Shown here one piece after another: positions 58,849 through 64,000 of a DNA stretch of 64,000 nucleotides (within the stretch, counting starts at the first letter, position 1; the number at the start of each line of letters is the position of its first letter). The stretch lies in NCBI GenBank assembly GCA_964646995.1, contig CAZYIF010000007.1, positions 908 through 64,907 on the forward strand, given 5' to 3'. The translations under genes and the position numbers were made by a program. Under the pieces are notes generated by a model. The model worked only from the letters and a program-made list of their open reading frames with translations. It did no database searches and was not told the DNA's origin. Source of the stretch: an uncultured Gammaproteobacteria bacterium (GTDB taxonomy: Bacteria > Pseudomonadota > Gammaproteobacteria > CAZYIF01).

Positions 58849-59235
58849 ATGTTACATCGTTGCTTATTGCTGTTATATTTGCTGCTCCCACATACCTTAG
58901 CATTCGCGCAAGAAACTCACTTCTTATGCGGTTCCGATGAGGATGGCTGCTCCAGTGATAATTACTCCTGGTGTTTTTGCATCCCAGAAGATGGCCCGTT
59001 GGCCGCGCAGGCCTACTGCTTGGACTTCGATACCATCGCCTGCAAACCGCTGAGTCAAACGCAGCACTGCCCACACACCGCGATCTTTCACAATCAAGCA
59101 GAATGTCTTGCCGTCGCCTTTCAAAGTGAGGCACAACCCGGATGCTTGCGTACGCATGCTGATTTTTGCCACACGCATCACATCCCCGTGTGTGCAATAG
59201 ACGGTGGCATAGCCACCTGTCACGCCACACCCTAA
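58849..59235 (+). CDS. Small secreted cysteine/histidine-rich hypothetical protein
   Basis: AGGA RBS. Signal peptide MLHRCLLLLYLLLPHTLAFA. 12 Cys in ~107 mature residues and a His-rich C-terminus (HADFCHTHHIPVC...CH). Preferred over the Arg-rich antisense ORFs 58817-59245 and 58924-59223. Confidence 0.5.
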   Translation: MLHRCLLLLYLLLPHTLAFAQETHFLCGSDEDGCSSDNYSWCFCIPEDGPLAAQAYCLDFDTIACKPLSQTQHCPHTAIFHNQAECLAVAFQSEAQPGCLRTHADFCHTHHIPVCAIDGGIATCHATP

Positions 59236-59252
59236 GCATAAACAACCTGTCC

Positions 59253-59741
59253 TTAGGTTAAGCCAATGTAAATATCAAGGCACGCACGACTGAGATCGGC
59301 GGCACGCTCATCATACAGTTCGATATCCGTGCGATACGCCCTCTCCCCGCCCAACTCATCCGCCGACATGGCCCAGATCTGTTGCCACGCCGTGATAACC
59401 ACATTCGGCATTGGGCCGACGGGCGTGGTAAAACGCTGATAGCGGCCAGCGGGCACGAGCACCTGCTGTAGTGTAGCGGGAATAGCGTGGTGTGACGTAA
59501 CGGCCTCACCGATCAAACACAGGTAATCGCCCTCTGCATCGCTGGCATAGTCGGTGTACGCCACGTACGTCACACCCGGCGTGTGACGCCCCGGAATGCG
59601 CTCGGCAACAGCCTCGCCGTGGTAACGCGCGACCAACGCGCCTATCTGCGCGGTCTCCGGATTCATTTCAGCACGGTTGTTGGTACGCACCGCTAATCCA
59701 ACTAAAGTAATCACCGCTCTGTCCACTATCGTTTTTTGCAT
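59253..59741 (-). CDS. GyrI-like small-molecule-binding domain protein (AraC effector-binding fold)
   Basis: 162 aa with a GAGGGAG RBS. Pattern ...ITLVGLAVRTNN...YVAYTDY...LIGEAV...VPAGRYQRFT...AWQQIW...YRTDIELYD is typical of the GyrI-like/Cass2 family. Confidence 0.7.
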   Translation of the reverse strand: MQKTIVDRAVITLVGLAVRTNNRAEMNPETAQIGALVARYHGEAVAERIPGRHTPGVTYVAYTDYASDAEGDYLCLIGEAVTSHHAIPATLQQVLVPAGRYQRFTTPVGPMPNVVITAWQQIWAMSADELGGERAYRTDIELYDERAADLSRACLDIYIGLT

Positions 59742-59959
59742 ACATCGTACTCCCTCTAAATATTGAGGCCGCAGTATAAGTTAAATGGCGCACCCAACAC
59801 AACGCAGCTACTTTGCCGTTCGTGCCGACGGCGTTAATACGTCGTCGCAAAGACTGACACGGCAGCGCATAACTGTTTGTAAAAAAATAATATTCAATGG
59901 CATAACACTATGCTATCGTGTGCAGGCTTACCAATCATACTAAGAAGGAGCTTACTGAG

Positions 59960-61663
59960 ATGCGGTTTTTTACACGTCGACAACCACTTGCTACACAAGA
60001 CAAAACGCCACATTCCGCTCCCACCCCTACGGTACCGGAGATACAACACATACTCACCACGGCGGAGAAACTGCGTTACCAGCGCATGCTAGTCGATGGC
60101 ACCGGCGTACCGCTGTTAGCTGATTTTGCATCACTGCAATTCGAAGGGTCCTTGCTCACAGTACGTTATGACCGCGAGCATAAGCTCGCACGTTTGCACG
60201 CCAAAACTAGCTTAGGAAGCATCACCACCCCAACAAACCAAGCGGCTTTAGCAGAAGAACTACGTAGCATTCGCGCGCTGCAAGATGCCATCATGATTGA
60301 ACAAGACAAACACAAACGCGAGGTATTTGACGAAAAAAGTCAAAGCTGGAAACCCGCTGGATTTTGGATGCTTGAAGACACCGAAAAAAATAAACAATTA
60401 TTTCCTCCAGTTACCGACAATGCGCTTACTGACAAAACCATACGTGTACCAAAAAATGCATTCTACATCCATCGAGATCATGGCTTTGACGCCGCACTAC
60501 CGTTTGCGTTTCGTAACTTTGGCAACCTAGATGCAAGCACCGGATTGGATGGCGCACAGGATATATTTATCATTCGTGACGGCCAAATACTCGCGATCAC
60601 CCGTGTCGACATGCCCGATAGACTAGCTACCGTGGGTGGCATGAACGAGCAAGCCATGCGTAACAATGCAATCACCCGCGTCTTAGAGGTGATGGAAGAA
60701 AGTCTGATTAACAGCATCACCAGCAGCGCGTTTTATCAAAACGCATTGGCGCAGGTGACGCAGCAAGAATTAAAAGACGCGGGTATCGCGCTAACCTTAG
60801 GTGACGGTGAGTCAGTCATGAACGCCGTAGCAAACCTGCCTGATGACACCCAAGAGGCGCGCACACACCGTACCAAAATCTGCATGGCGCTTCTTAAACT
60901 GGCCGATACCAAAATTAAAAAAACAGATGGCTCATTCCAAACGACGTTTGAATTGCTGCAAGCTAAGATCCACCCAGTGTTGGATGCTAACGGACAAGCG
61001 CTCTTCTACCACAATAGCGCCGAGCACCGCGCGTCCAGCAGCAACGTCGTGCGAACTTGCCCTAGCGTATTAGTCATAGACGCAGAATTAGCAGATCACT
61101 TAACCAAGCGCGGCTTAAGCTTTAGGGCCGGTGATGATGCACTCGCGCTGCGCTTTGTTGATGCGACAGCGTTCATAACACGGGCGTGGGGAGGCCACGG
61201 TGCCTTGTTGTTGGAGGTCTATCAAACCCTACAGCAAAAACAAAAGCCAGAGCCATGGGAGCAGGCTTTCATAAGGACAGTTACTAACAGTATCAACGCA
61301 CTGTGCCGGGTTGAGAACAATACATCACCCTTACTGCACATCTACCTAGCCGCCACCCGCTATGCACTACAGTTGATGGTCGCTGATTTACGAACAACGC
61401 ATTCAACCGCAGCAGACTATTGTCAGCAATTGCTTGCAGGTGATAGTTCGGCTATTCCCGCTGCTCTACAGCATGTTATAACCACCGATAGCGCAGAGTA
61501 CCCAGCGATCGCAAGCGCCCTCAGCAAATACGTGGCTACAGACTATAACTACTCTCTGCAACAGTGGCTACAGTGCAGCGACACGCTAAAACCAGCAACA
61601 GTGGTTATCGGAGATGAAGAAAACAGCTCGACAAGCCGTCCGTGGTACCGTTTGTGTTGTTAA
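59960..61663 (+). CDS. Hypothetical protein (567 aa), no recognisable domain; acidic/Ser-rich C-terminal tail ending in -CC
   Basis: Start at ATG 59960 (MRFFTRRQPL) after AAGGAG. C-terminus ...VVIGDEENSSTSRPWYRLCC. A pile of MITEs follows downstream. Confidence 0.7.
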   Translation: MRFFTRRQPLATQDKTPHSAPTPTVPEIQHILTTAEKLRYQRMLVDGTGVPLLADFASLQFEGSLLTVRYDREHKLARLHAKTSLGSITTPTNQAALAEELRSIRALQDAIMIEQDKHKREVFDEKSQSWKPAGFWMLEDTEKNKQLFPPVTDNALTDKTIRVPKNAFYIHRDHGFDAALPFAFRNFGNLDASTGLDGAQDIFIIRDGQILAITRVDMPDRLATVGGMNEQAMRNNAITRVLEVMEESLINSITSSAFYQNALAQVTQQELKDAGIALTLGDGESVMNAVANLPDDTQEARTHRTKICMALLKLADTKIKKTDGSFQTTFELLQAKIHPVLDANGQALFYHNSAEHRASSSNVVRTCPSVLVIDAELADHLTKRGLSFRAGDDALALRFVDATAFITRAWGGHGALLLEVYQTLQQKQKPEPWEQAFIRTVTNSINALCRVENNTSPLLHIYLAATRYALQLMVADLRTTHSTAADYCQQLLAGDSSAIPAALQHVITTDSAEYPAIASALSKYVATDYNYSLQQWLQCSDTLKPATVVIGDEENSSTSRPWYRLCC

Positions 61664-61690
61664 TCAAGGTTCTCGCCGCGGGCCGCGAGG

Positions 61691-61965
61691 AGCTGACATA
61701 TCCCCACGAATTAAAAGCAGCCGTTCGTCCCGAGGAGGCGTCCTGAGGTTCTCGAAGGACGCCGTCTCGACGTGTAAACGGCTGTTATCCAAGCGAAAGA
61801 TAAAAAATGTTATACAACGACTAAACTGCAAAAGATAAAAATAGGTTGAAAATTATTTTTGCCGTCCACCCTTCGAGACGATCGCTGCGCGATCTCCTCA
61901 GGGCGAACGGCAAAAATTAGGGTTATCAAACTGTTACGTTAAAAACTCGTGGGGATATATCAGCT
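61691..61965. repeat. Family D ~275-bp MITE-like element with 22-bp terminal inverted repeats
   Basis: Left end AGCTGACATATCCCCACGAATT. The right end is the reverse complement of AGCTGATATATCCCCACGAGTT. Internal inverted GC-rich arms (GCCGTTCGTCCCGAGGAGGCG... / ...CTCCTCAGGGCGAACGGC). The right 58 bp recur at 19721-19775. Confidence 0.8.
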
Positions 61966-62041
61966 CAAGGGGAGAATCCCCATCGCGTAGAGAACACTAC
62001 AAAATGCAAAAAGCGCATTTTGTAGTGGAATGGGTATAGTT
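61966..62041 (-). repeat. Family A element, type II left half, reverse orientation
   Basis: Its reverse complement CTATACCCATTCCACTACAAAATGCGCTTTTTGCATTTTGTAGTGTTCTCTACGCGATGGGGATTCTCCCCTTG matches 18265-18345 and 54027-54110. Confidence 0.85.
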
Positions 62042-62087
62042 ATGGGATGTCTAATGTTTTGATTCATCGTTTATCTCGCTTAAGTTT

Positions 62088-62924
62088 TTAGGGATTGCAG
62101 TATGGGCAATATTGTTGTGACGCTTGTAACAAACCATCTTCTCGCCCTACCCTTCTTTGGAAATCGCATTTTAAGCAATTGAGAATTTTATGCTGATAAA
62201 GTTCCGTAGGCGTGTTGCAAGCTTCACAACACAGATTACCTTCATAAGTGATTTTTCCAAAACCTGCGGTAGCGCACCCAGGACATTGAACTTCAATTCG
62301 CCGCGCTAATTTTCTAGCTAAATCCCCTAAAGTTTTCATTCTGGTGGGATTTAAATGGGCTCGCATATCCGTTTCAAGCCTTACTTTGCCTCCTTTTCTC
62401 AATCCAACCGTGATAGCTTGTCGCAATTGCTCTTCTGTTTGAATAGCCTTGGCTATGATTTCACCCGTATCGATTTGACGGCCAATCAAGGCATGCTCTG
62501 GAAAACCAACGCTTTTAAGAAATTCATCCGGTAATTTAAATTGATCAAGGTCGCAATGCGCATAATTGGTCTCTTGGCTAACTAACGATTCAACAATCGT
62601 TAAATCGGCTTCTAAATCAAGAAAGACGAGCATTTCGACCGCGGCGGGAACAAAGTACAAACTTGGATGAGGAACAAAACTGCCTTCACTGGCGATCACG
62701 TGCTTATAACCATACATTTCTGCTGCTTTCTTTGCTTTAAGAATGAGCGCTTCGTATTGATTGCCGATTCTGACAATTTCTCCGGTAAAGGTCCCAAATT
62801 GATCGGTGTCAAAATCATTAGGCACCCATAGTTCACACTGTAAAATTTGTTTAAAAGGAGGCGCAATCGCCTGTTCTTTTTTATGCTTGCTGGCAAGTAG
62901 TATCGTTTGCCCGGCATATAACAT
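62088..62924 (-). CDS. Hypothetical protein with a C-terminal four-CxxC zinc-ribbon region, translationally coupled to dabA
   Basis: Start at ATG 62924 (MLYAGQTILL). It lies 7 nt after an AGGAG inside the dabA 3' end and 1 nt after the dabA TAA. C-terminus has CPGC...CCEAC...CLKC...CPYC. No family recognised with confidence. Confidence 0.65.
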   Translation of the reverse strand: MLYAGQTILLASKHKKEQAIAPPFKQILQCELWVPNDFDTDQFGTFTGEIVRIGNQYEALILKAKKAAEMYGYKHVIASEGSFVPHPSLYFVPAAVEMLVFLDLEADLTIVESLVSQETNYAHCDLDQFKLPDEFLKSVGFPEHALIGRQIDTGEIIAKAIQTEEQLRQAITVGLRKGGKVRLETDMRAHLNPTRMKTLGDLARKLARRIEVQCPGCATAGFGKITYEGNLCCEACNTPTELYQHKILNCLKCDFQRRVGREDGLLQASQQYCPYCNP

Positions 62925-62925
62925 G

Positions 62926-64000
62926 TTAGTCTCCTGGCTCAAGGATTTTTAAATGCGCCCATTGCTGTGCAAATAAAGCTTTAATTGAAGGATGTTGCTC
63001 GAGAAGATGATCGACTAATTTCTTGCGCGCATAAATAATCACCAGCAAACGTAGTGGTTGATGCAATACTTTATTTTGAAAAGCTACACTTTGCCAAGGC
63101 AATCCGATTTTCAAATCACTAAAATTACCTTCTATGACACCAATGTTAGGTAACACATTATGTAACATTTTATTGCCACTACCATAAACAGCTGGATCGG
63201 TTGTCGAGAAATAGTATTGCGCATTGATCCAATGAGCCACAATTAATGGACCCAATAGTATGCCCGTCAAAAGCTGTCCATCTGGATCTTGCTCAGGATC
63301 ATAAGAATGTAAAAACACTCGTCTGTCTAAAGAAGTATGTTGCGTTAAATGTCGAGGCCCCACGATTAAAGCGGCATTATTAATTAAGCCCATCTCAGGG
63401 ATCAGCTCAGACCAATTAGCTGCCCGCTCAAGAGAAGATGATTTGCCAGGTAACTCTTGGCTTCTTTCAAGCCGTAAATCATCACAGGCGAGATCTAAAT
63501 CGTCTTGTAATTGACTAATTTTTTTACTGACGTGTTCAGGCATTGCTTCTTGATAAAGTGTCACTTGATCTCGGGTGGTGTTGTGAAATCCTGCAACAAA
63601 ATAAGTATCATTTGGAATATGGATATTAAAAGATTTTAGATGATATCTCACCTCAGCATCATTCAAAATATGTGTCGCGACGATAGCATTCGCAAATCCA
63701 GCGTTACCCCCGCAAGCACCGCAGTCAAAACTAGATTGATAGGGGTTGTTATCTGTCTCGCCACCATGGCCACAGATCAGTATTATTGGCGCAAATTCTT
63801 TAGTTAAACCAATTGTCGTTAAAAATTGTTTAGAATTATTGACTTTGGCCTCTAAAGAAAAGACAGCATTAACTTGCGTAGAACTAATTTCATCTTGTAA
63901 TTTATTTTCATCCATGTCACAACCTAACAATTGCTTACATTTTTTAAATACATTACCCGAATACGATTTAATTAACATCATCAAAGCAAACCACATTCCT
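62926..64000 (-). CDS. dabA: DabA (DUF2309) subunit of a DAB-type inorganic carbon pump; C-terminal ~357 aa only, as the gene runs off the window
   Basis: ICGHGGETDNNPYQSSFDCGACGG, RVFLHSYDPEQDPDG, AHWINAQYYFSTTDPAVYGSGNKMLHNV and HQPLRLLVII match the conserved C-terminal half of DUF2309 as I recall it. The frame is still open at position 64000. Confidence 0.8.
   Translation of the reverse strand, partial: GMWFALMMLIKSYSGNVFKKCKQLLGCDMDENKLQDEISSTQVNAVFSLEAKVNNSKQFLTTIGLTKEFAPIILICGHGGETDNNPYQSSFDCGACGGNAGFANAIVATHILNDAEVRYHLKSFNIHIPNDTYFVAGFHNTTRDQVTLYQEAMPEHVSKKISQLQDDLDLACDDLRLERSQELPGKSSSLERAANWSELIPEMGLINNAALIVGPRHLTQHTSLDRRVFLHSYDPEQDPDGQLLTGILLGPLIVAHWINAQYYFSTTDPAVYGSGNKMLHNVLPNIGVIEGNFSDLKIGLPWQSVAFQNKVLHQPLRLLVIIYARKKLVDHLLEQHPSIKALFAQQWAHLKILEPGD

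Noticed and set aside
58817-59245. Minus-strand ORFs 58817-59245 (142 aa) and 58924-59223 (99 aa)
   Set aside because: They are Arg/His/Cys-rich with no signal or RBS. The plus-strand ORF has an RBS, a canonical signal peptide and a coherent Cys pattern. The choice between strands remains only moderately confident.
61614-61838. 74-aa plus-strand ORF at the end of the 567-aa gene, running into the MITE
   Set aside because: It is a translation of the GC hairpin and the family D repeat arm (RGPRGADISPR...), not a gene.

Overview
The window is 64 kb of gammaproteobacterial chromosome, about 80% conserved housekeeping genes in well-known syntenic blocks. These are initiator-tRNA/rimP/nusA/infB/rbfA; rpsU/yqeY/dnaG/rpoD/tRNA-Ile2(CAU) with divergent tsaD; and ponA(mrcA) divergent from pilMNOPQ. 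Also present are waaA, djlA, rpe, hemB, hemE, plsY, orn, ubiC, hutG/hutI, rdgB, hspQ and a TAXI-type TRAP transporter. No rRNA genes, CRISPR arrays, prophage or integrase were seen. Five things stand out. (1) A very dense load of small non-coding dispersed repeats from at least four families. The main family is a mosaic ~150-180 bp element ending in GTAACTATTCAGC, with at least 10 copies here, whose ends repeatedly coincide with the stop codons of upstream genes. (2) A degraded IS630-family element whose terminal repeats also occur as ~55-bp MITEs. (3) A visibly AT-richer lysR/cydA/cydB block in which cydA carries an in-frame TAG exactly at the invariant Trp of the GRQPW motif. (4) A ~5-kb islet beside the 3' end of tRNA-Ile2. 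It holds a truncated histidine-kinase remnant, the IS remnant, a 932-aa ORFan with an internal duplicated module, and a small protein with two H-x-T-x (2H phosphoesterase-like) motifs. (5) Several further ORFans: an edge-truncated ORF missing from the supplied ORF track, a 567-aa protein with an acidic/Ser-rich C-terminus ending in -CC, a 12-Cys secreted protein, and a four-CxxC zinc-ribbon gene translationally coupled to a partial dabA. A Legionellales-like intracellular lifestyle is only an inference, drawn from an LqsR-like orphan regulator and effector-like ORFans. All calls come from reading the sequence and ORF translations. No database search, GC calculation or structure prediction was run.
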